A stretch of 32,000 nucleotides of DNA, taken from Aquifex aeolicus VF5 (GTDB lineage: Bacteria; Aquificota; Aquificia; Aquificales; Aquificaceae). The notes beneath the pieces were generated by a model. It was not told the origin of the DNA, searched no databases, and saw only the letters and a list, made by a program, of their open reading frames with translations. Of this stretch, positions 1-8,922 are shown in pieces (the stretch's first letter is position 1; each line of letters starts with the position of its first letter). Location of the stretch: NCBI RefSeq assembly GCF_000008625.1, contig NC_000918.1, forward strand, positions 30,001-62,000, read 5' to 3'. The position numbers and the translations under genes were made by a program.

Positions 1-171
1 GACGCCATGGAACACGTAATGGCGGGGGCAAGTGCAGTTCAGGTGGGAACCGCAAACTTCTACGAGCCCTTAGCACCCTTAAAGGTCATAGAAGGGATTG
101 AAAACTTTATGAAATCTCAGAATATCAAAGACTTCAAAGAATTAATCGGGATTGCCCACAGAGTAGAATAA
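1..171 (+). CDS. pyrD: dihydroorotate dehydrogenase, C-terminal fragment (5' end outside window)
   Basis: Frame 1 from base 1 reads DAMEHVMAGASAVQVGTANFYEPLAPLKVIEGIENFMKSQNIKDFKELIGIAHRVE, with stop TAA at 169-171. The AGASAVQVGTA..F segment and tail look like the C-terminus of class-1 DHODs. It is too short for the ORF track. Confidence 0.7.
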   Translation, partial: DAMEHVMAGASAVQVGTANFYEPLAPLKVIEGIENFMKSQNIKDFKELIGIAHRVE

Positions 172-178
172 AGACATT

Positions 179-478
179 ATGGTTAGGAAGCTGAGCGAAG
201 AAGAAGTAAAGAGGGAACTTGAAAATCTGGAAGGCTGGGAATTCTGTAAAGATTACATACAGAAGGAGTTTTCCACAAAGAACTGGAAGACCACCATATT
301 CGTGGTGAACGCCATAGCCTCTCTGGCGGAAGCCCAGTGGCACCACCCAGATTTAGAAGTCAGCTTTAAAAAGGTAAAGGTTAAACTCACCACTCACGAA
401 GCTGGCGGGATAACGGAAAGAGATATTAAATTAGCAAAATCCATAGACGAGTTGGTGAAAGAAATACTAAAGCATTGA
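179..478 (+). CDS. phhB: pterin-4a-carbinolamine dehydratase (PCD/DCoH family)
   Basis: 99-aa ORF. The segment EGWEF...FVVNAIASLAEAQWHHPDLEVSFKKVKVKLTTHEAGGITERD matches the PCD signature (HHP histidines, T.H..GG.T). Confidence 0.85.
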   Translation: MVRKLSEEEVKRELENLEGWEFCKDYIQKEFSTKNWKTTIFVVNAIASLAEAQWHHPDLEVSFKKVKVKLTTHEAGGITERDIKLAKSIDELVKEILKH

Positions 479-3036
479 TATTTTTCCTTTTTCTCATATT
501 TTCTCTATCCTTTGGCTTTGAAGTTTATATAAAGTCTAACTATCCATTAAAAAAGGACAATCTGCGTCATGTAATAAACGAGAAGAATTACGCGAAAATC
601 CTGGAAATGCTTAAGCAAATTCCCGAAATAAGGGAAGTAAGGTATGAAAAACGAAAGGACAAGCTCTTAATTTACGTGGAAAGGTATCCCATAATCAAAG
701 AGATAAAAATAAAGGGGAACGTTTTTCTGAGAGATGAAGATGTGAAAAACGTTCTTGGAATAGAAGAGGGCATTCCGTTAATAGAGGATAATCCAAAAAC
801 TTACGAGGAAATTCTTGAAAAGTATTATAAAGAAATCGGTTTTTTAAATGCAGATACCAAAGTGAACATAAGTTTAGACGATAAAGGAAACGCTATTTTC
901 TACATAAATATTCGCGAGGGGAACCTTTATTTTCTCGAAGATATCCAGTTTGAAGGTGTTAAAAAGCTACAAAAAAAAGAACTGATAAAAGCCTCTGGAC
1001 TTGTAATAGGGAGTATTTTTGATATAGATAAAGTAGAAGACGCAGAGGAGAATTTAGAAAACTTCTACAGAAAAAAAGGTTTTTTTGAGAGTTTCGTTTA
1101 TCTGAAAGGTATAAAAAAAGAAAAATTAAAGAGAAAGTTTAGGGAAGCACTTTTCCCCGAAACGGATTCATTTTTAAAAAGCCTTTCAATCGGTTTAAAA
1201 AATCTCGTGAACCACCCGCTGGCTACGCTTAAGGCTTTAATCGGAAAAGGTAAGGTAGGCATTCCCGTTTATGAGGTATACGAAGGAGAAAGGTATGAAC
1301 TGAAGTTCCTTGGAAATAAGTTTTTTTCGGATGAATACCTGTATTCTCTCTTTGATATAAATACCGTGGGTGTAGACATACTGGTTCTTGAAGGTTTTAA
1401 AGATAAAATAGAGGAAGAGTACAGGAAAAAGGGCTTCTTTGACGTAAATGTAGAGTACGAACTTGAAGATCACAGGATTTTGATAAAGATAAAAGAAGGA
1501 GAAAGGTATAAAGCTAAGGTTTACATAAACGGGAAAAAAATAGAAATTCCTTACGATGAAGAGAAAATTCAAGACTTAATAAGTAAAGAAATCCAATACT
1601 TGGAAAAAATGGGTTACGTTACGGCAACATATGAACTTAAAAAGAAAATAAACAAAGATAAAAAAGAAGTGAACGTTCACGTAAAAATCAACAAAGGAAT
1701 GCGCTACATTGTTTGGAGCTTTAAAATAGAAAGTGAACTTTTCGAGGATTTAAATGAAAAAATTTCACTTAAATTCCCGAAAGCCTTGGATTACGAAACT
1801 TTAGACGAGATTTACAAGGAAATAAATAAAAGGTTACGGGAAAAAGGATACTTTGACGCTAAGGTTTTCACAGATATAAGAATGCAAAAGGTAAAAGATG
1901 CTCTTTTGATGTTTTATAAAGTAAAAGTAATTCCAGGAGAAAGATACGAGTACGGAGATACACTAATTTACGGTCTTGAGAAGACAAGGTTAAAGGAAGC
2001 TGAGTACGTTCTGGAGAAAGAAAAGTACTTCTCAAAGGAAGTTGAAGAGAGAAGTGTATGGAACGCCATAGAAAGCGAAATCTTTAAAAGTTTAAGACTT
2101 GAAGATTACGTAGACAGGGAGAGTAAGAAAGTTCACAGACTTGCCTACTTTCAGGAGAAAAAGAGAGGGGTAATCGGACTTTCTGCGGGCTTTAACACCT
2201 TTGAAGGTTTTAAACTTTCAGCAGAACTAAGTCTGAGAAACCTCTTGGGAATAGGGCTTATAAACACAAATACCTTTTCCATAAGTGAGAAGTACGAACT
2301 CTACAGGGTAAGCTTCAAAGACAATTTTCTCTTTTCAAGGAGATTTTTCGGGGAAACGTCACTATTTAAGGATTACGAAGAGCATGACACGTACGAATTA
2401 TTTACGGAAGGCTTTGCCTTCTCTCTGGGATACAGGTTAAAACCCTTTACCTTTGTGGGTATTTCCTTCTCAAACTTTGAGGCAAAGACCACAGGTGCGG
2501 AAAGGGACAAGGGAACTTACAGGAAATTGGGGCTGAGTTTTTCGGTAAAGGAAAGGTTTAGACTGGTACTTTTTAGGGGATACGGACACAGGAATTATTC
2601 AAAGATAGAACTTGAAGGAAAAATAAAGAAAGAATTTTTTGAAAAATTCGGTTCAAGGCTGAAATTTTCTTACGGATATGCTACGAAAAAAGCACCAATA
2701 TTTGAAAGATTTTTCCTCGGAGGATATAAGAGAATGAAGGGTTACACCTACGAGAGTATAGGTTCTCCCTTGGGCGGGAGACAAATGCTTTATATTTCTC
2801 CCGAGATTTACTACCTTCTCAACAGAAACTTGGAACTCATAACATTCCTTGAGCTCGGAAAGGTAGAGAATAAATTTCCGAGTCTTTACAAAAATATGAA
2901 AAAGGACATAGGCTTTTCCGCAGGTTTTAGAACGCCCGTGGGCCTTATAAGGGGTGATATAGCCTATCCCTTGGAAGATTTTAAGGTAAAGCCCTCGAGG
3001 CTTAAGTTTTACCTCTCGGTAGAGTTTTTCTTCTAA
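475..3036 (+). CDS. bamA: outer membrane protein assembly factor BamA/Omp85 family
   Basis: 853 aa. The TTG start overlaps the phhB stop (TTGA). It has a signal-like N-terminus MIFFLFLIFSLSFG and repeated POTRA-like modules (IKEIKIKGNVFL, LEDIQFEGVKKL etc.). The C-terminal barrel carries RFFLGGYKRMKGY and ends in the aromatic FFF typical of an OMP beta-signal. Confidence 0.8.
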   Translation: MIFFLFLIFSLSFGFEVYIKSNYPLKKDNLRHVINEKNYAKILEMLKQIPEIREVRYEKRKDKLLIYVERYPIIKEIKIKGNVFLRDEDVKNVLGIEEGIPLIEDNPKTYEEILEKYYKEIGFLNADTKVNISLDDKGNAIFYINIREGNLYFLEDIQFEGVKKLQKKELIKASGLVIGSIFDIDKVEDAEENLENFYRKKGFFESFVYLKGIKKEKLKRKFREALFPETDSFLKSLSIGLKNLVNHPLATLKALIGKGKVGIPVYEVYEGERYELKFLGNKFFSDEYLYSLFDINTVGVDILVLEGFKDKIEEEYRKKGFFDVNVEYELEDHRILIKIKEGERYKAKVYINGKKIEIPYDEEKIQDLISKEIQYLEKMGYVTATYELKKKINKDKKEVNVHVKINKGMRYIVWSFKIESELFEDLNEKISLKFPKALDYETLDEIYKEINKRLREKGYFDAKVFTDIRMQKVKDALLMFYKVKVIPGERYEYGDTLIYGLEKTRLKEAEYVLEKEKYFSKEVEERSVWNAIESEIFKSLRLEDYVDRESKKVHRLAYFQEKKRGVIGLSAGFNTFEGFKLSAELSLRNLLGIGLINTNTFSISEKYELYRVSFKDNFLFSRRFFGETSLFKDYEEHDTYELFTEGFAFSLGYRLKPFTFVGISFSNFEAKTTGAERDKGTYRKLGLSFSVKERFRLVLFRGYGHRNYSKIELEGKIKKEFFEKFGSRLKFSYGYATKKAPIFERFFLGGYKRMKGYTYESIGSPLGGRQMLYISPEIYYLLNRNLELITFLELGKVENKFPSLYKNMKKDIGFSAGFRTPVGLIRGDIAYPLEDFKVKPSRLKFYLSVEFFF

Positions 3037-3887
3037 AGGTAGTAATCAATAAGCACCACAATAAAGAAAATTACACTTATCCAGCCGTTTACCGTAAAGA
3101 AGGCTTTGTTTATTTTTGACAAATCCCATGGTTTTATCAAACTATGTTCGTAAACTAGAAAGCCCGCTATCAAAAATAGCCCCAAAAAGTAGATAAATCC
3201 GAGCTCCTTGTGGGTAAAGCCAAGAATAAGTAGTGATACAAAGGTTATTGAATGGAAAAGCCTCGCTATCTTTATTGCTTTTTCTACTCCATATTTTACT
3301 GGTATGGATTTTAAGCCCACTTCCTTGTCAAATTCGTAATCCTGAAGGGCGTAAAGGACGTCAAATCCCGCAACCCAGAAAGCCATAGCTATCCCGAGAA
3401 TTACAGCGGTAAGGGAAATCCTCTCGTTCAGGGCCACGTCCACGGCAACCGGTATGAGGAAGTAAACGAGTCCGAGGACGAGGTGAGGGTAGTAAGTAAT
3501 TCTTTTAGCTTGCGGATAAAACCATAGTAAAAACAAAACCACGGGGGAGAGTAAAAAAGCTAAAAAGTTGAGCATAAGGGAGGCAAAAACGAAGAGAATA
3601 CTCCCTACTAGGATTATTTTCCTTACTTCTTCTTTTGACACTTCTCCTTTAACGAGGGGCCAGTTTTTGGTTCTCGGGTTTAGTCTGTCGTAGGGTTCGT
3701 CTATGAGTCTGTTAAAAGCCATACCAACGGTTCTGGCGCTCACAAGGGCTACCAGAATCCAGAAAATTTTCCAGAGTGAAGGGAATTCTTCGGCAAGGAG
3801 CAGGACACTTGCAAGGGCGAAGGGAAGGGCGAATATCGTGTGTTCAAATTTTACGAGCTCCGCGTAAGCCCTTACCTTTTTCATCAT
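3033..3887 (-). CDS. ubiA: UbiA-family aromatic prenyltransferase
   Basis: Asp-rich motifs [20 protein letters not shown] and [12 protein letters not shown], and a multi-TM profile. I placed the start at ATG 3887 (MMKKVRAY), which overlaps the mraY stop (ATGA). The 18 extra codons of the track ORF would lie inside mraY. Confidence 0.85.
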   Translation of the reverse strand: MMKKVRAYAELVKFEHTIFALPFALASVLLLAEEFPSLWKIFWILVALVSARTVGMAFNRLIDEPYDRLNPRTKNWPLVKGEVSKEEVRKIILVGSILFVFASLMLNFLAFLLSPVVLFLLWFYPQAKRITYYPHLVLGLVYFLIPVAVDVALNERISLTAVILGIAMAFWVAGFDVLYALQDYEFDKEVGLKSIPVKYGVEKAIKIARLFHSITFVSLLILGFTHKELGFIYFLGLFLIAGFLVYEHSLIKPWDLSKINKAFFTVNGWISVIFFIVVLIDYYL

Positions 3888-4963
3888 CTTAACTTTAGCA
3901 TTGATATGGCAATGATAGCAAGCAAGATGGATATAATCCACATCCTAACGACAATTTTGGGTTCGGGAAGTCCGTTTAATTCCAAGTGGTGGTGAAAAGG
4001 AGCCCTCTTAAAGAGCCTCTTTCCTCCGGTCCACCTGAAGTAGATTATCTGAAGGATAACGCTTATAGTTTCAAATACAAAAACGCCTGCTGCAACCGCA
4101 AATATAAACTCCGATTTCGTCAGAAGTGCAACGGTTGCAAGGGAAGCTCCGATACTGAGTGAGCCCACGTCTCCCATAAACATCTGGGCCGGGAAGGAGT
4201 TAAACCATAAAAATCCAAGTCCTGCTCCAACAAGAGCAAAACAAAAAACCGTGAGCTCTCCCGCGTAAGGGACGTAAGGAATGTTTAGATACTGGGCTAT
4301 TTTAGAGTGCCCCACCGCGTAGGCTACAACTCCGAGGGCTGTTGCCGTGGTCATCGCAGGTCCAATCGCAAGACCGTCCAGTCCGTCGGTAAGATTCACG
4401 GCGTTCGCACTCCCCACTATCACAAACACCGCAAAGGGAAGGTAAAGAACTCCTAAATCAACGTAAAGTTCTTTAAAGAAGGGAAAGTAAAGAATCGTGT
4501 CTATATCCGCCCAGTAGTAAATAAGAACTGAGATTAAAGAAGCGCTGAGGACTTGAAGTAGGAACTTAGTTTTTATAGATATACCCTTTTTGTTTTTGAG
4601 TTTTACATAGTCATCCCAGAAACCTATAGTTCCGAAACTCAAAAAGGACAGAAGAACGACCCACGTGTACTTTATATCCCATCGCATTAAAAGGAGCGTG
4701 GAGAGCGTAACGACTATGAGTATAACTATCCCGCCCATAGTAGGCGTGTACTTCTTCACCTCGTGGCTTTCGGGTGTGTACTCCCTCACGTATCCACCAA
4801 AAAGTCTCTGTATTTTCCTCAAGCGATTTATGAAGGAAGGGGAAAGTACAAGCGTCAAAAAGAAGGCAATGAGAACCGCGGTAAAGGAACGGAAGGTTAT
4901 ATATTTCAAGACGTTGAAGGCAAACCAGTAATCTTTAAGAAGCAATGCCAATTGGTATAGCAT
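3884..4963 (-). CDS. mraY: phospho-N-acetylmuramoyl-pentapeptide transferase
   Basis: 359 aa polytopic membrane protein with the MraY motifs [24 protein letters not shown] and APFHHHLE. Confidence 0.95.
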   Translation of the reverse strand: MLYQLALLLKDYWFAFNVLKYITFRSFTAVLIAFFLTLVLSPSFINRLRKIQRLFGGYVREYTPESHEVKKYTPTMGGIVILIVVTLSTLLLMRWDIKYTWVVLLSFLSFGTIGFWDDYVKLKNKKGISIKTKFLLQVLSASLISVLIYYWADIDTILYFPFFKELYVDLGVLYLPFAVFVIVGSANAVNLTDGLDGLAIGPAMTTATALGVVAYAVGHSKIAQYLNIPYVPYAGELTVFCFALVGAGLGFLWFNSFPAQMFMGDVGSLSIGASLATVALLTKSEFIFAVAAGVFVFETISVILQIIYFRWTGGKRLFKRAPFHHHLELNGLPEPKIVVRMWIISILLAIIAISMLKLR

Positions 4964-5538
4964 CAGTCACACCTGTTTCTGCTAAAGAGTCTGTCAAGGA
5001 TTATAGCAACAGCATTTCTGACCGAGAGGTGATTCCAGTCTCCCGCACCGTATATCGGCTCTAAAATGTAGTCAAAGGTGTTCATGAGATCGGGAGGTAT
5101 CCCGTGTCCCGTTCCAAAAACTATGAGCCAGTCCCTGTCCCTCTTTTGAATCTCATTCCTGAGCCATGAATACTTTACGGTGTTTGGATAGGTTCTCGCG
5201 TCCGTTCCCACGAGAAGAGGTCTCCTTCCTCTTTCTTTTTCTATGTCTTCTATTACTTCGTCCAGGGTGTAGGCGAGTCTAACGAGCTGGACTATCTCAT
5301 AACGCGTGGGATTTGCCTTCCTTCCTTCCTCGGATAACCAGTAATTAATCTGCCTCTGAATTACTATCCTCTGGGCGTCTATGGGCTGGACTATGTAATA
5401 CTTGTTTATCTCGTAAGCCCTCGCGGGTCTTGCTATGTCGTGTAAATCCATAGTGGTAAAGGATGTAACTATTATCTTTCCGTCCTTGTCCATTGCGGGG
5501 TAATGGAGGAGGGCTATAAAGACGTTTTCATTTATCAT
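4963..5538 (-). CDS. putative SPOUT-type RNA methyltransferase (TM1570/DUF2122-like), tentative
   Basis: [34 protein letters not shown] and the C-terminal [14 protein letters not shown] resemble the TrmD-like SPOUT family as I recall it. The start is set at ATG 5538 (MINENVF) because the longer ORF would overlap the divergent gene starting at 5564. The stop overlaps the mraY start by 1 nt. Confidence 0.5.
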   Translation of the reverse strand: MINENVFIALLHYPAMDKDGKIIVTSFTTMDLHDIARPARAYEINKYYIVQPIDAQRIVIQRQINYWLSEEGRKANPTRYEIVQLVRLAYTLDEVIEDIEKERGRRPLLVGTDARTYPNTVKYSWLRNEIQKRDRDWLIVFGTGHGIPPDLMNTFDYILEPIYGAGDWNHLSVRNAVAIILDRLFSRNRCD

Positions 5539-5563
5539 AATAAAATGAATTATAAATAAAACT

Positions 5564-6322
5564 ATGATCTCGGTATTCATATCACTTCTGGCTTACATCT
5601 TCGCATTTTTCTCCTTCCTCCTCAAGAACTTTTCAAAGAAGGAGATAAAATTCCTGCCGAACTTTTTCCTTACCCTGGGTTTTATATTCTACATACTTAC
5701 ACTCCTTGAAAGGTTTGTACAGACTAAAACCTTTCCCGTGGGTGATGTTTACGGGATGATTTCGCTTGTTGGAAACCTCTCCGTTTTACTCTTCTTAACC
5801 TTTTCGAGGAAGTATGAGTTTTCACCCTTCGGAGCTTTCGTGTCCTTTTTCGCGTTTTTGAGTACTCTTCTGTTGATCCCTTCGAAGGAACTCGGTTTTT
5901 CAAACCCCCTTTACGCCCTTCACATAACGAGTGCGGGATTTTCGTATGCCTTTTTGATTTTTGCGGGTTTTACTTCAACCGCGAGGCTTTTAATCGAGAG
6001 AAAACTCCGCGAGAAAAAGGTGGACTTTAGCTTTGCTCCTTTGAAAATCCTAAAGAAACTTGAAAGGGTTTTCATAATAGCGGGCTTTGTGGGACTTACT
6101 CTTACGCTTATTTTTGGAAGTCTCTGGGCTAAGGTTTACTTGGGCACTCACTGGGTAAACGACCCTAAACTCCTCGTTACACTAATACTCTGGCTTTATT
6201 ACGGATTTCTCGCACACATGTTTATATTCAAACATTTCAAACCTTCTCAGATTTCCTACCTTTCTATCCTCGGTATGTTTTTAAGCTTGATAGCCCTTTT
6301 ATTCTTCAGGCATTCCTTTTAA
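5564..6322 (+). CDS. cytochrome c assembly (CcsA/YpjD-like) family membrane protein
   Basis: 252 aa with about 8 hydrophobic segments. The Trp-rich segment [32 protein letters not shown] resembles the W..W.WDPK region of the cytochrome c assembly family. Confidence 0.55.
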
Positions 6323-6758
6323 TGTCTTCAAGTTTTCTCGCGGCTGCCATCAGCGTAGCCTGTGCCACAACTTCCCCGTCCACCTTTGCAACCCCCTTCA
6401 TCTTTGAAAGTGCCTTTTTAAGAGATATAACTTCAAGCTCGAGTATAAGCTGGTCTCCCGGGTAAACGGGTTTTTTAAACCTCGCGTCGTCTATACCTGC
6501 AAAAACAACTGCGTACTTTCCAATTTCAAGGTTAAGGGACTTTATCATTAAAATCCCCCCCACCTGAGCCATAGCCTCCAGTATGTAAACCCCCGGAAAG
6601 AGGGGAAAGCCGGGAAAGTGCCCCTGAAAAACCGGCTCGTTAACGCTCACGTTCTTTAAACCAATGATCCTTTTTCCTTCTTCTATTTCAAGGATTTTAT
6701 CTACTAAGAGAATGGGATACCTGTGCGGAAGTATTTCCATTATCTCTTGAATATCCAT
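6306..6758 (-). CDS. fabZ: 3-hydroxyacyl-ACP dehydratase
   Basis: 150 aa. [13 protein letters not shown]...[25 protein letters not shown] is the FabZ hot-dog signature. Confidence 0.95.
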
Positions 6759-6781
6759 AACGCTATTTTAACATTTTCAGG

Positions 6782-7426
6782 ATGAAGCTTCCTCCTCTGA
6801 TGCCCGCCATTTTCGTAAAAAGACTAAATAGATTTGTGGGAAAGGTTTTTTTAAATGGGAAAATAGAAAGAGCTCTAATCAGGAACACGGGAAGACTTTC
6901 TGAGCTCTTAAAATTCGGAAACACTGTTTTTGTTAGGGAAAAAGAGGGTGGAAAGTACAGGTACGAAATCATACTCGCAAGGGCGGAGAAGAGTCTCGTA
7001 TGCGTTGAGTCCCACTACGCCAACAAGATTTTTGAGGAATACATTCGCAGAAATTGGAAATTTAAGGAGCTAAAGAGAGAAGTAAAGCTGGAGAATGAAC
7101 GGTTTGATTTCCTTATAGACAACACACTGGTAGAGGTAAAGTCCGTTAACCTGGTAAAAAATGGTGTTGCCATGTTCCCGGACGCTCCTACAAAAAGGGG
7201 AACGGGACACATAAGGACTTTGATAAAGCTTTCCGATAAGTTCAAACCTCTACTTGTTTTCGTGGTTCAAAGAAGTGATTTTTTAAGTTTTGAGCCCAAC
7301 TGCGAAACTGACCCCGAGTTCTGTAAAGCTTACTACGAATACGTATCTAAGGGGTTTGAAGTTTTAGTACTGAAGTGTAGAGTTTCTTTGGAAGAGATAA
7401 ATGTAGTAGAAGTATTTTTCACTTAA
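6782..7426 (+). CDS. sfsA: sugar fermentation stimulation protein SfsA (nuclease-fold)
   Basis: 214 aa. The N-terminus FVKRLNRFVGKVFLNGKIERALIRNTGRLSELL and the later FDFLI...VEVKSV...FPDAPTKRGTGH are typical of SfsA. Confidence 0.9.
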   Translation: MKLPPLMPAIFVKRLNRFVGKVFLNGKIERALIRNTGRLSELLKFGNTVFVREKEGGKYRYEIILARAEKSLVCVESHYANKIFEEYIRRNWKFKELKREVKLENERFDFLIDNTLVEVKSVNLVKNGVAMFPDAPTKRGTGHIRTLIKLSDKFKPLLVFVVQRSDFLSFEPNCETDPEFCKAYYEYVSKGFEVLVLKCRVSLEEINVVEVFFT

Positions 7427-7526
7427 CTCCGTGGCGTTTTTCTTTTAGCGTTTTTGAACCTAAAAAAAGCATTACACTTCCAACGATTATTCCAACTATA
7501 AGAAGGACAATAAATGCCTCTTTCAT
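7419..7526 (-). CDS. unannotated 35-aa single-TM peptide (MKEAFIVLLIVGIIVGSVMLFLGSKTLKEKRHGVK)
   Basis: Hand translation of the minus strand gives ATG at 7526-7524 and TGA at 7421-7419. GGAGGT lies 5 nt upstream of the ATG (plus-strand tacctcc at 7532-7538). The peptide has a hydrophobic core and a basic tail. It falls below the 60-aa track cutoff. Its 3' end overlaps the sfsA 3' end by 8 nt (convergent). Confidence 0.45.
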   Translation of the reverse strand: MKEAFIVLLIVGIIVGSVMLFLGSKTLKEKRHGVK

Positions 7527-7611
7527 TTTTTACCTCCATCAATTTCTGAAGATAAAATGAGAGCGTTTTCCTGACATAAATCATATTTTATTTTCGTGTA
7601 TTGTGATAGTC

Positions 7612-7789
7612 TTGATTTTCAAGGGCTTAAAGAAAAGCCCGTTTTGGCTCCTTGGCAATTGAATAGAGAAAGTGGCTCCCGACCTTGAAACTCAAGGGTC
7701 AGAAAGTAATCCCTTACATTTTCAAGGCTTTCCGAGACACAGGTCAACAAAGGGCATTTCCAAAGAATGAATTTATTGATTTTCAAGGG
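7612..7789. repeat. short dispersed repeats ATTTTCAAGG / TTGATTTTCAAGGG with one inverted copy
   Basis: TTGATTTTCAAGGG occurs at 7612-7625 and 7776-7789. ATTTTCAAGG also occurs at 7718-7727. The inverted copy CCTTGAAA is at 7683-7690. Confidence 0.8.
7623..7647 (+). terminator. hairpin GGGCTT-AAAGAA-AAGCCC followed by GTTTTGG (weak intrinsic-terminator-like)
   Basis: A 6-bp GC-rich stem at 7623-7628/7635-7640 followed by a T4 run. This is the only plus-strand terminator-like element downstream of sfsA. Confidence 0.3.
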
Positions 7790-7922
7790 GTTTAAAAGTA
7801 GGGTTGAAACGCCCTAAGTAAAGAAGGGATGCGGACAATCCTATTAAAGACCTTTCCGGTGAGGCAATACCTGTAGCTTAATTTTCTGGAAATTCCAAAA
7901 ATCTTGAATATCGTTTATCTTA

Positions 7923-8273
7923 ATGGGAGACGTAAACTTCCTCGAGCAGATGCTTTTAAAGAGCACGATGAAAGAGATAGAGGAGAGGTACGACGACGTA
8001 ATAACGATATACAAGTACGACTACGAAATAAGGGGGATTGCGGAAAAACTCTACAGACTCTCAAAAATAGTGGAAGAAGTTTTCAAAGAAATACCGAACC
8101 CGGAGAAAAAACTGGACGAAAGCCTCTACACAACTCTTTACAGTGTACTCAAAGACATAAATTCAATACTCTACGACCTTTCCATAGCAACCAATGAACA
8201 GATAAGCTACGTCCTCATGCAGGCTTACAGAAAACTTGACAATATAGACAACCTTTTGAGTAAATTAAAGTGA
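7923..8273 (+). CDS. hypothetical all-helical 116-aa protein
   Basis: An open frame with K/E/I/Y-rich composition like its neighbours. Its stop overlaps the ATG of the downstream PRTase (TGATG). I recognise no motif and there is no clear SD. Confidence 0.5.
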   Translation: MGDVNFLEQMLLKSTMKEIEERYDDVITIYKYDYEIRGIAEKLYRLSKIVEEVFKEIPNPEKKLDESLYTTLYSVLKDINSILYDLSIATNEQISYVLMQAYRKLDNIDNLLSKLK

Positions 8274-8922
8274 TGTTCAGAGACAGGGAAGAGGCGGGAG
8301 AATTATTAGCCGAAGCTCTGGAGGGAATTATTGACGGAGAGAAGAACCCTGTAATTCTCGCAATACCGAGGGGAGAATTCCGGTAGCATACAAAGTGGCC
8401 GAACGCTTCAATATTCCCATGTCCGTTGTACTTGTGAGAAAGCTGGGACTTCCCTGGAACGAGGAGGCTGGTTTTGGTGCGATAGACCCAGACGGGACTC
8501 CTTACTACGATAAGAGCGTCTTATCCTACCTTTCGGAAGAAGATATTAAACAGGTAGTTGAAAAGGAATTAAAGGAACTGAGGGAAAGGGAGAGGAAATT
8601 CGTCCCAAGGGGTTATCCGGATTTGAGGGGAAGGCAGGTGATAATCGTTGACGACGGGGTAGCCACGGGCTACACGGCAATAGCCGCGGCAAACTGGGCA
8701 AAGAAAAAGGGAGCATCTGAGGTGATAATAGCGGTTCCCGTTTGTCCTTCGGACGCAAAGGAGAGACTGGAAAGGTACGCGGACAAGTTCGTGTGTTACT
8801 ACTCCTCCGACGCACCTTCTTTCGCGGTGGGTATGTTTTATCGGGACTTCCACCAGCTTTCAGACGAGGAGGCAAAAGAGTACTTAAGGAGGGCGGAAGA
8901 AAAAGGGCTTTTAGAACCTTAA
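8273..8922 (+). pseudogene. phosphoribosyltransferase-domain protein (COG1926-like) with an apparent 1-nt deletion frameshift near 8374-8377
   Basis: ATG 8273 reads MFRDREEAGELLAEALEGIIDGEKNPVILAIPRGEFR and stops at TAG 8384-8386. The next frame continues IPVAYKVAERFNIP...VIIVDDGVATGYT (PRPP loop) to 8922. Restoring ggagaatt to ggaggaatt would give the expected AIPRGGIPVAYKV. Confidence 0.7.

Noticed and set aside
3888-3941. N-terminal extensions offered by the ORF track: ubiA at 3888-3941, the SPOUT gene at 5539-5580, SCP2 at 25975-25986 and secG at 31678-31695.
   Set aside because: The extensions overlap neighbouring genes or use TTG/GTG codons. Downstream ATGs give family-typical N-termini, and for SCP2 a well-spaced GGAGG.
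7776-7811. Possible solitary or degenerate CRISPR repeat, because the segment TTGATTTTCAAGGGGTTTAAAAGTAGGGTTGAAAC ends in the GTTGAAAC-type repeat terminus.
   Set aside because: Only two partially similar copies lie 164 bp apart. There is no regular repeat-spacer periodicity, similarity fades after about 20 nt, and no cas genes are in the window.
8371-8386. Programmed -1 ribosomal frameshift joining the two PRTase frames.
   Set aside because: There is no X-XXY-YYZ slippery heptamer and no obvious downstream stimulatory structure. A simple 1-nt deletion in GGAGGA explains it better.
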